64,000 nucleotides of DNA from Ignavibacteria bacterium (lineage in GTDB: Bacteria > Bacteroidota > Ignavibacteria > Tepidaquicellales > OLB5). Numbering within the stretch: the first letter of the stretch is position 1; each line of letters starts with the position of its first letter. A program made the position numbers and the translations under genes. Shown piece after piece: positions 10,119 to 19,660 of this stretch. The notes beneath the pieces are model-generated. The model was given only the letters and a program-made list of their open reading frames with translations. It was not told the DNA's origin and ran no database searches. The stretch covers positions 1,461,075 to 1,525,074 of the forward strand of contig JAFLBX010000002.1 in assembly GCA_017303675.1 (NCBI GenBank), given 5' to 3'.

Positions 10119-11102
10119 ATGTTAAATTTCAGATCAAAAAAAGTATTGGTTACCGGCGGACTTGGGTTCGTAGGAAGCAGCCTGAGCATAAGACTTGCGG
10201 AAGCAGGCGCTGAAGTTTTAATTGTGGATAATATGCTTCCGCGGCAGGGCGGTAATCTTTTCAATATTGAGCCTGTAAAAGATAAAGTAAAAGTAAATAT
10301 TTCCGATATCAGGAATCCAACTTCCATGAACCATCTTGTAAAAGGGATGGATTATATTTTTCATATAGCGGGACAGGTAAATCATGTTGACAGTGTTAAG
10401 GATCCATTAAATGACCTGTCAATCAATGTTGAAGGTACACTGGTCTTAATGGAAGCATTAAGAATGAATAATCCGTTAGCAAGGGTTATATTTACAGGAA
10501 CAAGGGGTGAATACGGCTCATCATTGACACTGCCTGTTGCTGAAAATCACGCTATTAACCCCATAGGTATTTACGCAATAACAAATTTTGCTGCTGAAAG
10601 AATTGTTCTCACATATCATAACTTGCATCATATTAAGTCTGTTTGCCTGCGCATTACAAATACCTTTGGACCGCGTCACCAGATGGCACACGATGAATAC
10701 GGAGTATTCAATTGGTTCATACGCAAAGCAATGGATAATGAGGTTATACCAATTTTCGGTGATGGCAGAATATTAAGGGATTATTTATATATTGATGACT
10801 TAACGAAATCCATGCTTGCAGTTGCCGGATCTGAAAATGTTTACGGTGAAGTCTATAATATCGGTTCCGGGGTGCCTTTGAGCTTTTTGGACCTTGCAAA
10901 AAAGATCATCTCCATTGCAGGAACAGGAAAAGTTGATCATACGGAGTTCACATCAGAGAGGAAAGCGCTGGAACCCGGCGATTATTATGCAGATATATCA
11001 AAGATAAATGCGGCTATCGGCTGGAAACCTGAAATTTCTATAGAAGAGGGAATTAAAAAAACCATCGAGTATTACAAAGTAAACAGAAAAAGATATTGGT
11101 AA
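10119..11102 (+). CDS. NAD-dependent sugar epimerase/dehydratase
   Basis: VLVTGGLGFVGSSL Rossmann motif and YAITN..AE (Yx3K-like region). Length is typical of extended SDRs. Confidence 0.85.
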   Translation: MLNFRSKKVLVTGGLGFVGSSLSIRLAEAGAEVLIVDNMLPRQGGNLFNIEPVKDKVKVNISDIRNPTSMNHLVKGMDYIFHIAGQVNHVDSVKDPLNDLSINVEGTLVLMEALRMNNPLARVIFTGTRGEYGSSLTLPVAENHAINPIGIYAITNFAAERIVLTYHNLHHIKSVCLRITNTFGPRHQMAHDEYGVFNWFIRKAMDNEVIPIFGDGRILRDYLYIDDLTKSMLAVAGSENVYGEVYNIGSGVPLSFLDLAKKIISIAGTGKVDHTEFTSERKALEPGDYYADISKINAAIGWKPEISIEEGIKKTIEYYKVNRKRYW

Positions 11103-11106
11103 ATCT

Positions 11107-12030
11107 ATGATAAAAAGAGTTGCTGTTTGTGGTCAAAAAAATATTGCAATAGAATGTACAAAAATCCTTTTAACAAAAAACATAGACGTTGTATTTGTAA
11201 CTCCAAACATATCAGATAAAGGAATTGATAGCTGGCAGCTATCATTCAGGAAGTGGGCAAATACAAATAATATTAGAATAGTAGAAGCAGATCATGAGAA
11301 TCTGAAGAAAAATATATTAGAAAGTAAAATTGATCTTTTATTTTCGATTTATTATGACAAAATACTCAAAAAAGATTTACTCAATCTCTTACCTCACGGG
11401 GTAGTGAACACACATTTATCTGCGTTACCGAGATACAGAGGAATAGCCCCAGTAACATTTGCGCTCATTAACGGAGAAACGGCACATGGAGTTTCACTTC
11501 ATTACATTGACGAAGGAATTGATAGAGGTGATGTAATATCACAAAAATTCTTTAATATAGAAAATATGAATGCTAATGAAGCATTTCTTAAAGCAACAGA
11601 TGAATGCATAAAACTGTTTGAGGAAAGTGTTGATAGTATTCTGGATGGCACTAATAATAGAATTAAACAAGACAATTCCAAAGCATTATATTACTCAAAC
11701 AAAACAATTAACTGGAGTACTGATCATAAAATTATTGATAATGCATTATTTTTCAATAAAGACACTCGTTCATTATTTAATTGGTTTCGAGGATTCATCT
11801 TTCCGCCGATGCAAAATCCTCAAATTACAATTGAGAATGTAGAATATGAGATTCTTTCAGTTAAACCGATTTATGAAAATAATTCGTTTGAAAAACCCGG
11901 AACAGTAATATATATTAGTTCTGCACAAGATCAATTTTCAGATAATCAATTAAAAGAAGTAAAATTATCAACTCACGATAGCTATATAGTTTTAAAACTC
12001 AGGCAGATAGCAGCAACATCAAATGAATAA
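11107..12030 (+). CDS. Formyltransferase family protein (sugar N-formyltransferase/ArnA-N-like, not housekeeping Fmt)
   Basis: HLSALPRYRGIAPVTFALINGE and HYIDEGIDRGDVI motifs of the formyl_trans_N fold. Lacks the Fmt TQPDRPxGRG region. Confidence 0.78.
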   Translation: MIKRVAVCGQKNIAIECTKILLTKNIDVVFVTPNISDKGIDSWQLSFRKWANTNNIRIVEADHENLKKNILESKIDLLFSIYYDKILKKDLLNLLPHGVVNTHLSALPRYRGIAPVTFALINGETAHGVSLHYIDEGIDRGDVISQKFFNIENMNANEAFLKATDECIKLFEESVDSILDGTNNRIKQDNSKALYYSNKTINWSTDHKIIDNALFFNKDTRSLFNWFRGFIFPPMQNPQITIENVEYEILSVKPIYENNSFEKPGTVIYISSAQDQFSDNQLKEVKLSTHDSYIVLKLRQIAATSNE

Positions 12031-13051
12031 AAGAGTTTTTTTAGGCTTAAATAATACAGCTGGTGTTTGCACCAGGTTAAAAGCTGGTTTTGAAGAAAAC
12101 GGAATAGTATCTGATTTTTACTCTTACAGAGAACACACTTTTGGTTACGAAACCGATTTCATTATTAGGTACAGTAATATTCGGGTATTCAGAATTATCC
12201 AAAAATTAATCCTTATGGGTAAATTAATTTTGAGATATAAATATTTTATATATGATTCATCGTCCACTTTGCTTCCTGATTATAGAGATATTAAGATCTT
12301 AAGATTCTTCGGAAAAAAATGTATGATGGTATTTACCGGATGTGATATCAGGATACCGGAATTAGTTGAAAAATATCGGTGGAATCCATGTAAAGATTGT
12401 GAAGATAGTTATAAAAAATTTGTTGGCTGCGATATTGAAGCCAAGAAATCAATCATCGAAAAGATAGAAAGAGAATTTGATTTCATAGTAGCACCCCAGG
12501 AAGCATCGGGATATTTAAAAAGAGATTTTATTAGAGCTTACTTTCCGGTAAACCCCGAAAAGTTTCCGACTGAAAAATATAACAAAAAGAAATTAAATCC
12601 AAAACTACGGATACTACATGCACCCTCAAATCCTGTTTACAAAGGTACTAAGTATATTGTTGAAGTAATTAACCGGCTCAAAGATAATTTTGACTTTGAA
12701 TTTATTACAATTACTAATATATCCATAAATGAGCTTTATAATGAAATAGAAAAATCTGACTTAATAATTGACCAAATGTTGACCGGTATCTACGGACTGT
12801 TTTCTATAGAAGCAATGGCAATGTACAAACCCGTAGTATGTTATGTCAGGGAAGATTCATGGGACTTGATAGCAGACGAGTGTCCTATCTACAATGCAAG
12901 TCCAGATACATTATATGATACATTATATAATATTCTTTCAAACCCATCTCAATTGATAGAACGCGGCATTAGATCCCGTGCGTTTGTGGAGAAATTTCAT
13001 AATGCAAAAAAAACATCAAAAAAATTTTATGCTCTATTTGAAAAGGCGTAA
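12023..13051 (+). CDS. Putative glycosyltransferase (GT-B C-terminal-like)
   Basis: 8-nt overlap with the upstream gene. C-terminal LFSIEAMAMYKPVVCY resembles the GT1/GT4 nucleotide-sugar binding region. Confidence 0.5.
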   Translation: MNKRVFLGLNNTAGVCTRLKAGFEENGIVSDFYSYREHTFGYETDFIIRYSNIRVFRIIQKLILMGKLILRYKYFIYDSSSTLLPDYRDIKILRFFGKKCMMVFTGCDIRIPELVEKYRWNPCKDCEDSYKKFVGCDIEAKKSIIEKIEREFDFIVAPQEASGYLKRDFIRAYFPVNPEKFPTEKYNKKKLNPKLRILHAPSNPVYKGTKYIVEVINRLKDNFDFEFITITNISINELYNEIEKSDLIIDQMLTGIYGLFSIEAMAMYKPVVCYVREDSWDLIADECPIYNASPDTLYDTLYNILSNPSQLIERGIRSRAFVEKFHNAKKTSKKFYALFEKA

Positions 13052-13056
13052 GAGAA

Positions 13057-14514
13057 TTGCTTAAGCGTTTTTTTAAAGAAACGCTGATATACGGTTTAAG
13101 CACGTATATACAAAAGTTTATCGGGGTTTTTTTGCTCCCGCTTTACACTGCATTACTTACTCCGGAAGATTATGGAATTTTAGATTTGCTTGGAACAGTA
13201 TCGATTATCAGCATATACCTCGTAGTTTCCGGTACTGATTCCTCATTAAGCTATTATTATTTCAGAAAAGAACATATGAAAGAGCGGCCAGTAATGGTCT
13301 CTTCCATCCTTTTAATCAGAATTACTTTTGCAGCAGCAGCTTTTGTTATTGTTGGGTTACTCTCTCACAAACTTACATTTTTAATTTTCGGTAAAGATTA
13401 TTCCTTATTCTTTATATTAACAGGTATATCGCTTGCAGTACAGTCAATTTATTCCTTTTTTACCGATCTTATCAGGTTTGAAAAAAGACCATGGATCTTT
13501 ACATGGGTATCAGTGACAAACCTGCTTATAAATATCGGGCTCAATATTTATTTTATACTCATACTTAAAAAAGGAGTATGGGGCGCAATTTTGGCAAGTG
13601 TGATATGTTACGGAATAATGGCGTGTTTTACTGTTTATTATGTTTTCAGAAGGTATGGCATACATTTTTCATTTAGCTGGGCTAAAAAAATACTCGCTTA
13701 CGGAAGTCCATTGATCGGCACGGCATTCGCAGTATGGATCCTGACAACTACAGACAGGTATTTTCTGGCTCATTACAGGAATATTGCTGATATTGGCATT
13801 TATGCTGTCGGTTTTAAGCTGGCATCATTTCTGGGACTTGTTTCAGGAGCGCTTCAGATGGCATGGTCCCCTTATGCAATGGATATCCAATACGAACCCA
13901 ATGCAAAGAAGATCTACGCCAAAGTATTCTTTATATATTTTGTAGTAAATATACTGGCAGTATTTTTTATTTCGATGTTCTCAATTGACCTGTTAAAGGT
14001 ATTTACCCAGCCGGCTTATTATTCAGCTAAAGCCGTTGTGCCGTTTTTATGTATGAGCGTTGTATTTTTCAGCGGGTATTTTATTGTTTCGATAGGGATT
14101 GCAGTAACAAAAAAGGCGCAGCATACTATCTGGATCACGCTGACAGCCGCTGCAGTAAATATTGCAATGAATTTTCTGCTTACTCCTGCAATAGGCGCAG
14201 TTGGCGCAGCGCTTTCAATAATGACAGCGAATTTTCTTATCTTTGCGTTAACTTTATGGATCTCTCAAAAATTATATCCAGTGGATTACGGATATTTAAG
14301 GGTCGCGGCTTTGTTTATACCAGCAGCACTTATTGTTGCGGCAAGCTATTATTATGATATCAACCTACCAGTAAGAGCAGGCCTGGCTGCAATTTATTTT
14401 ATTTCAGCGGCAGCATATTTGTATGTGAATCTCCGCAATTCAGATGAAATGAAAATGATACTCGGCAGGATAAAGACTATTGGAAAAAGCAAACAGCCAG
14501 AAAAACAGGACTAA
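13057..14514 (+). CDS. Wzx-type oligosaccharide flippase (polysaccharide biosynthesis protein, MOP superfamily)
   Basis: TTG start. 485 aa with about 12-14 hydrophobic helices and an N-terminal pattern typical of Wzx/RfbX. Confidence 0.8.
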   Translation: MLKRFFKETLIYGLSTYIQKFIGVFLLPLYTALLTPEDYGILDLLGTVSIISIYLVVSGTDSSLSYYYFRKEHMKERPVMVSSILLIRITFAAAAFVIVGLLSHKLTFLIFGKDYSLFFILTGISLAVQSIYSFFTDLIRFEKRPWIFTWVSVTNLLINIGLNIYFILILKKGVWGAILASVICYGIMACFTVYYVFRRYGIHFSFSWAKKILAYGSPLIGTAFAVWILTTTDRYFLAHYRNIADIGIYAVGFKLASFLGLVSGALQMAWSPYAMDIQYEPNAKKIYAKVFFIYFVVNILAVFFISMFSIDLLKVFTQPAYYSAKAVVPFLCMSVVFFSGYFIVSIGIAVTKKAQHTIWITLTAAAVNIAMNFLLTPAIGAVGAALSIMTANFLIFALTLWISQKLYPVDYGYLRVAALFIPAALIVAASYYYDINLPVRAGLAAIYFISAAAYLYVNLRNSDEMKMILGRIKTIGKSKQPEKQD

Positions 14515-14525
14515 AATGAGTTATA

Positions 14526-15830
14526 TCAGATCTTCTGAACCCTAACCTGTACTATCCGGTTTCCTGATTTTTTAGTTACTACAAAGCTCATTCCCTTAAA
14601 ATCTATCCTTTCGTAAACCTCGGGAATATGCCCTGTAACTTTCTGTAGAAACCCGCTTAATGTCTGGTAATCCGGGTCTTCGGGCAGGCTGGTTTTGAAC
14701 CTTGTATTGAAATTTTCAATTGAAATTATCGGGTTGACCAGGTACACCCCGCTTTTTTCACTGACAACATCCTGGGTTTCATCAACATCATATTCATCCT
14801 GTATCTCGCCGACAATTTCCTCGATAATATCTTCAATTGTAACTAATCCTTCAACACCGCCGTATTCATCCACTACAATGGCCATATGCACCTTGCTGCG
14901 CTGCATTTCCTTAAGCAGGTTGCCTATCTGTTTGGTTGATGAAACAAAAAATGCCGGACGGATGATATCCTGCAGGGCAATAAGCTCCCTGTGTTCAGAA
15001 GCAGAAATAAGATCTTTGGTATAAATTATACCAACAATATTATCAATGGTTTCCTTGTAAACCGGGATCCTTGAAAATCCTTCTTCTGTTACTTTCTGGA
15101 AAATTTCTTCTCGTGAGTCTTCCAGGTTAATAGCTATCATATGGTTTCTTGGAACCATAATTTCGCTTGCCTGTTTATCATTAAACTCAAAGATCTTTTC
15201 TATGAGCTGGTGTTCGGTCTGGTCTATAGCACCTGACTTTCTGCCTTCAGATATAAGCAGTCTCAGCTCTTCTTCAGAGTTAATTCGCTCAGAATCAGGT
15301 ACCTGCTGGATCCCAATGAGCCTTAAAATAAAATTGGCGGCATGGTTCAGCATCCACACTATTGGTTTAAAAGTAATATAGAACAGGTTTAAAGGTATAG
15401 CAACTATGAGTGAAACAGATTTCGGCGATTTAATAGCAAGCATTTTAGGAGCCTGTTCTCCAAGGGAAATATGCAGAAAGGTAAGGAAAATGAATCCGAT
15501 AATAATTGAAAGAGTATGTATGGTCTGCGGATTTGTCATGCCGAACATTGTGAACAGCGGACTTAAAAGCTTTGCCGTCACCGGCTCACCAACCCAGCCC
15601 AGCCCGAGAGAGGTCATGGTAATACCAACCTGTGAAGCTGATAGATAAGCATCAAGGTTAGAAAGTATCTTGACAGTAACCTTAGCACGTTTATTGTTGC
15701 TTTCAGCAAGGGGCTGTATTTGGGTAGAACGTACTTTCACAATTGCAAATTCCGCAGCTACAAAAAAAGCATTTGCAAATATTATTAGCAGAACTAAAAT
15801 TACTTCAAACAGTATACTTTCGACCTGCAT
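14526..15830 (-). CDS. CNNM/CorC/TlyC family transporter (DUF21-CBS pair-CorC_HlyC)
   Basis: N-terminal 4-TM DUF21, a CBS pair, and a C-terminal transporter-associated domain (GLVTIEDIIEEIVGEI). Confidence 0.85.
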   Translation of the reverse strand: MQVESILFEVILVLLIIFANAFFVAAEFAIVKVRSTQIQPLAESNNKRAKVTVKILSNLDAYLSASQVGITMTSLGLGWVGEPVTAKLLSPLFTMFGMTNPQTIHTLSIIIGFIFLTFLHISLGEQAPKMLAIKSPKSVSLIVAIPLNLFYITFKPIVWMLNHAANFILRLIGIQQVPDSERINSEEELRLLISEGRKSGAIDQTEHQLIEKIFEFNDKQASEIMVPRNHMIAINLEDSREEIFQKVTEEGFSRIPVYKETIDNIVGIIYTKDLISASEHRELIALQDIIRPAFFVSSTKQIGNLLKEMQRSKVHMAIVVDEYGGVEGLVTIEDIIEEIVGEIQDEYDVDETQDVVSEKSGVYLVNPIISIENFNTRFKTSLPEDPDYQTLSGFLQKVTGHIPEVYERIDFKGMSFVVTKKSGNRIVQVRVQKI

Positions 15831-15993
15831 TTACCGGGTATTAACTTTACAAAAATTTACACAAAAAACCGAACTTTTACTCACTTTTTTTACTGTAAAT
15901 ACATTATTTTCACTGTAAATATAACAAATATACTAATCAAAATACACTGCACTTTTATTTACAGTGCATTATATAAGAAAGGAACTGCGTTCA

Positions 15994-16368
15994 ATGTCAG
16001 AAATTAATACAAATCTGCAATCTGTAAAAACCACTGTAAACCTTGATAAATACTCAAAAACGGTACTTACAGTTATTGCAGTGTGCCTATTGCTTATAAC
16101 TGCTAACATATATTTTTCACCCGGCGAGGCAAACGCTTATGATACAGTTCAGGATGTTAATATTAAATCGATCGGTGGTTCCTCAGTTTCGGGGGGATAT
16201 ATGCCGGTAGATCTGCAGAGAATAGACGGCAGCTCGAGTAAAAACCTGAAAATTGATATCAGCTCTATAAACGGCAGGAGCGTTTTCGGGGATAAAATAC
16301 CGGTTGATATTCAGAGTGTTAACGGTCAGTTCATAATTGGCAGCGAGCTGCCGGTTAAGGTAAGATAG
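15994..16368 (+). CDS. Small single-pass membrane protein with internal S(I/V)(N/G)G...(I/M/L)PV(D/K)(L/I/V)(Q/R) repeats
   Basis: The ATG at 15994 is preceded by AAGGAA; the ORF track starts at a GTG at 15964. One TM helix, then three to four degenerate repeats of about 17-22 aa. Confidence 0.5.
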   Translation: MSEINTNLQSVKTTVNLDKYSKTVLTVIAVCLLLITANIYFSPGEANAYDTVQDVNIKSIGGSSVSGGYMPVDLQRIDGSSSKNLKIDISSINGRSVFGDKIPVDIQSVNGQFIIGSELPVKVR

Positions 16369-16377
16369 CGGAAATTG

Positions 16378-17664
16378 TCATGCATTTTTTATTACCTTAA
16401 CCTGTTTAATGGTATTGCGCTGTTTTGCGGCTATTATGAATGTAAATCCTGAATAATCGATCCTTTCGTACAAAGAAGGGATGTGACCGGTAACATTGTA
16501 TAAAAATCCGCCCAGAGTATTGTAGCCTTTATCCAGCGGTAAGGATGCATTGAATTTCATGTTGAATTCTTCAACCGGGATGAAGGGGTTTACTATATAC
16601 TCCTGGTTTTTGCCTTTGATGATATCAGGTGATTCAATATCGTACTCATCCATTATTTCCCCGGTAATTTCTTCGATGATATCTTCCATTGTAACCAGAC
16701 CTTCAACGCCGCCGTATTCATTTACAACTATTCCAATATGTACTTTCTGCTTCTGAAACTCCCTGAGAAGAATACCGATATTTTTTGTTTCATTCACAAA
16801 ATAAGCCGGACGTATAATATCATTGAGTGAAATAAGCTGCCTGTGCTCAGAAGCCGAAATAAGATCTTTAGAGTAAATAATGCCTATTATATTATCAATA
16901 GTATCTTTGTAAACCGGTATCCTGGAATAGCCTTCTTCGGTAACTATTTCATAGATCTTATCCCTGGGATCATCAATATTAAGAACTACCATTTGCCCGC
17001 GATGAACCATTATTTCTTTGACAAGCTTATCATTAAAATCGAATATTTTTTCTATAAGCTGATGCTCAGTCTGGTCAATTAATCCGGTTTTCCTGCCTTC
17101 TCTTATAACCTGCAGGATTTCTTCCTGGCTGTTTATACCGCTATCGTTAAGCAGCGGTTTTATCCCCATAAGCCTGATAATAAGAGCTGCTGAAACATTA
17201 AGCAGCCAGATAAATGGTTTAAAAATTTTATAAAATATAAGCAGCGGGTAAGAAAGCCAAAGTGTCGCCCCGAGATATTTTCTTATAGCGAAAGCTTTTG
17301 GAGCAAGTTCACCGATAGTTATAGTAAAATAAGTTATTATGAGAAGTCCGAATATAACCGCCAGCGTCTGGCTGAATGAATCAGAGATACCAAGAGAAAT
17401 AAAAACAGGCTCAAGAAGATGAATAAAAATATCTTCACCTACCCAGCCAAGCAAAAGGTTTACAAAAGTAATTCCAAGCTGTGTGGCTGAAATATATTTA
17501 TCAAGATCACTGATTATTGTTTTAGCCAGCTTTGCCCTTGTATTGCCTTTGCTTACAAGATTATCAATTTCAGCAGTACGTACCCTGATAATAGCATACT
17601 CTGTTACCACAAAAATTGCGTTAACAAGAATAAGAACAAATATTAATAATGCCTGAGTAAGCAA
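16378..17664 (-). CDS. CNNM/CorC/TlyC family transporter (paralog of 14526-15830)
   Basis: Same domain order as its paralog, with long identical stretches (e.g. IDQTEHQLIEKIF, SRIPVYK, IIGIIY.KDLISASEHR). Confidence 0.85.
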   Translation of the reverse strand: MLTQALLIFVLILVNAIFVVTEYAIIRVRTAEIDNLVSKGNTRAKLAKTIISDLDKYISATQLGITFVNLLLGWVGEDIFIHLLEPVFISLGISDSFSQTLAVIFGLLIITYFTITIGELAPKAFAIRKYLGATLWLSYPLLIFYKIFKPFIWLLNVSAALIIRLMGIKPLLNDSGINSQEEILQVIREGRKTGLIDQTEHQLIEKIFDFNDKLVKEIMVHRGQMVVLNIDDPRDKIYEIVTEEGYSRIPVYKDTIDNIIGIIYSKDLISASEHRQLISLNDIIRPAYFVNETKNIGILLREFQKQKVHIGIVVNEYGGVEGLVTMEDIIEEITGEIMDEYDIESPDIIKGKNQEYIVNPFIPVEEFNMKFNASLPLDKGYNTLGGFLYNVTGHIPSLYERIDYSGFTFIIAAKQRNTIKQVKVIKNA

Positions 17665-17708
17665 ATTTGGTTATTTAAAATTTTTGTCAAAATTAACGGA
17701 TAATGATG

Positions 17709-19601
17709 TTAATATAAAATCCTGAATTTAATAGTATGATCTATTTTCTTTAATTCATTTATTACTTTCGGGTCATACTTTTTACTTATATCAGTAATAA
17801 CATACCCTATAAGCTCATTTGTTTTGAGGTACTGCCCGATAATATTAATATTATGTCCTGCAAAAACCGAATTTATCCTGGCTAGTATGCCCGGCACATT
17901 GTGGTGAATATGTATCAGCCTGTGCGCATTCTGAAATGACGGAAGCTGAATATTGGGAAAATTAACGCTGTAAAAAGAATTACCGCTGTTCACAAAATCG
18001 ATGATCTTTCCGGGAACAAAATTTGCAATATCGCGCTGTGCTTCATCTGTACTTCCACCAATGTGCGGGGTAAGTATAACGTTAGGCAGGTTCTCAAGCC
18101 CGCTGGTGAATTTTTCATCGTTACTTACAGGTTCATACGGAAAAACATCAATTGAAGCTCCTCTTACCCTGCCGGATAATACGTTCGCTTTTAATGCATC
18201 GATATCAACCACATAACCCCTGCTTAAATTGAGGAAAATAACACCAGGTTTCATCTGCCGGAATTCTTTTTCACCGATAAGCCCGGTATTTTGCCCGCTG
18301 CCATCAACATGAACAGTAATGATATCCGCTTTTTTGAAAAGCTCCTTCATTGAATGGCATTTTTTTGCGTTACCAAGAGCTAGCTTTTCAAGGACATCAT
18401 AGTAATATACTTCCATACCCATATCTTCTGCAAGCACAGAAAGCTGTGAACCAATTTTGCCGTACCCGATAATACCAAGCTTTTTGCCGCGTACCTCAAA
18501 GCTGCCGGCTGAGGATTTATCCCATATGCCATTATGCAGATTTTTACTTTTATCAAATATTCCCCGCATAAGCATGATAATTTCTCCCAGCACAAGCTCA
18601 ACAACACTGCGTGTATTGCTGAAAGGAGCGTTGAAAGCTATTACTCCCCTGCTTAAGCATGCATCCAGATCGATCTGGTTTGTACCTACACAAAATGCGC
18701 CTACGGCCAGGAGTTTCCCTGCCTTCGATATAACTTTTTCTGACACTATGGTTTTTGAGCGGATACAAAGAATAGATACATCCCTGATCTTTTCAGAAAG
18801 CTCATCTTCAGTAAGGCTTTTATTGATAACCTCAACGCTGTAGCCTTCCTTTTTGAACAGGTCATGGGCATCCTTGTGGATATTTTCAAGCAGCAGTACT
18901 TTGATCCTGTTCTTGGGATAAGAAATATTCATTGGTAATTTGGATATATATAAAAATTCATCAAAGCTTGGTGTAATATGATCGGCTTTATTAATTACAT
19001 TTTGCCGTTTGATGTTTTCTGTAAATGCGTAAAACCTGCTGATTAGTCCTGATTTTTTCAATTCATAATCAGTGTAGCCATCGCCAATTGCAATAAGCTC
19101 TCCCCTGAGCTTTAAGGCTTTAACCTGCTTTACCTTTCCGCCGCTTTTTGCCAGCAGGTTTTTTTTATCAAATCCTGTAATGTTGCCGGCTTTATCAAAT
19201 GTGAAAGTATTGGCATAAACATTTTCGGCTGCAATGCCGAACCTGTTTACAACAGGTATAATATACTCTTTAAAGCCCCCTGATATTACAAAAATATTGG
19301 AAGCATTTTTCTTAAAAAATGATAAATTAGAGGTAATTGAAGAAGAAACCTGTTTATTTAGCTTATTTATAAGCTTTTTAATGTGGTCTTTATTTGCGTT
19401 TAATAATTTAACGCGGGTATCAAGTGAATCGCCAAAAGGAAGCTTGCCTGACATTGCATCATCTGTAAGAGCTTTGAACTGCGCGCATAAAGCATCCTTG
19501 CGGGGATGTTTATTAAAAGCAATAGCAGCCAGTTCATCAAGAGCTTCTATCTTAACAAATGTGCTGTCAAAATCAATTATAAAAAAACGGTCAGTTTTCA
19601 T
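17709..19601 (-). CDS. serA: Fusion protein: HAD-type phosphoserine phosphatase-like domain + D-3-phosphoglycerate dehydrogenase (E. coli-type SerA with ACT domain)
   Basis: The N-terminal ~215 aa carry HAD motifs (IIDFDST, GDGYTD). The C-terminal ~405 aa are collinear with E. coli SerA (GTNQIDLDA, NAPFSNTRSV, GKKLGIIGYG, TPHIGGST, final RILY). Confidence 0.85.
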   Translation of the reverse strand: MKTDRFFIIDFDSTFVKIEALDELAAIAFNKHPRKDALCAQFKALTDDAMSGKLPFGDSLDTRVKLLNANKDHIKKLINKLNKQVSSSITSNLSFFKKNASNIFVISGGFKEYIIPVVNRFGIAAENVYANTFTFDKAGNITGFDKKNLLAKSGGKVKQVKALKLRGELIAIGDGYTDYELKKSGLISRFYAFTENIKRQNVINKADHITPSFDEFLYISKLPMNISYPKNRIKVLLLENIHKDAHDLFKKEGYSVEVINKSLTEDELSEKIRDVSILCIRSKTIVSEKVISKAGKLLAVGAFCVGTNQIDLDACLSRGVIAFNAPFSNTRSVVELVLGEIIMLMRGIFDKSKNLHNGIWDKSSAGSFEVRGKKLGIIGYGKIGSQLSVLAEDMGMEVYYYDVLEKLALGNAKKCHSMKELFKKADIITVHVDGSGQNTGLIGEKEFRQMKPGVIFLNLSRGYVVDIDALKANVLSGRVRGASIDVFPYEPVSNDEKFTSGLENLPNVILTPHIGGSTDEAQRDIANFVPGKIIDFVNSGNSFYSVNFPNIQLPSFQNAHRLIHIHHNVPGILARINSVFAGHNINIIGQYLKTNELIGYVITDISKKYDPKVINELKKIDHTIKFRILY

Positions 19602-19605
19602 AAAT

Positions 19606-19637
19606 AAAAAGTGACCGGCTTATAAAAAGCCGGCCAC
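19606..19637 (-). terminator. Terminator-like stem-loop between rseP and the serB-serA fusion
   Basis: On the minus strand: GTGGCCGGC-N9-GCCGGTCAC (one mismatch), then TTTTTATTT running directly into the ATG at 19601. Confidence 0.4.
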
Positions 19638-19660
19638 TTATAAAATTTTGTTTACCGGAT

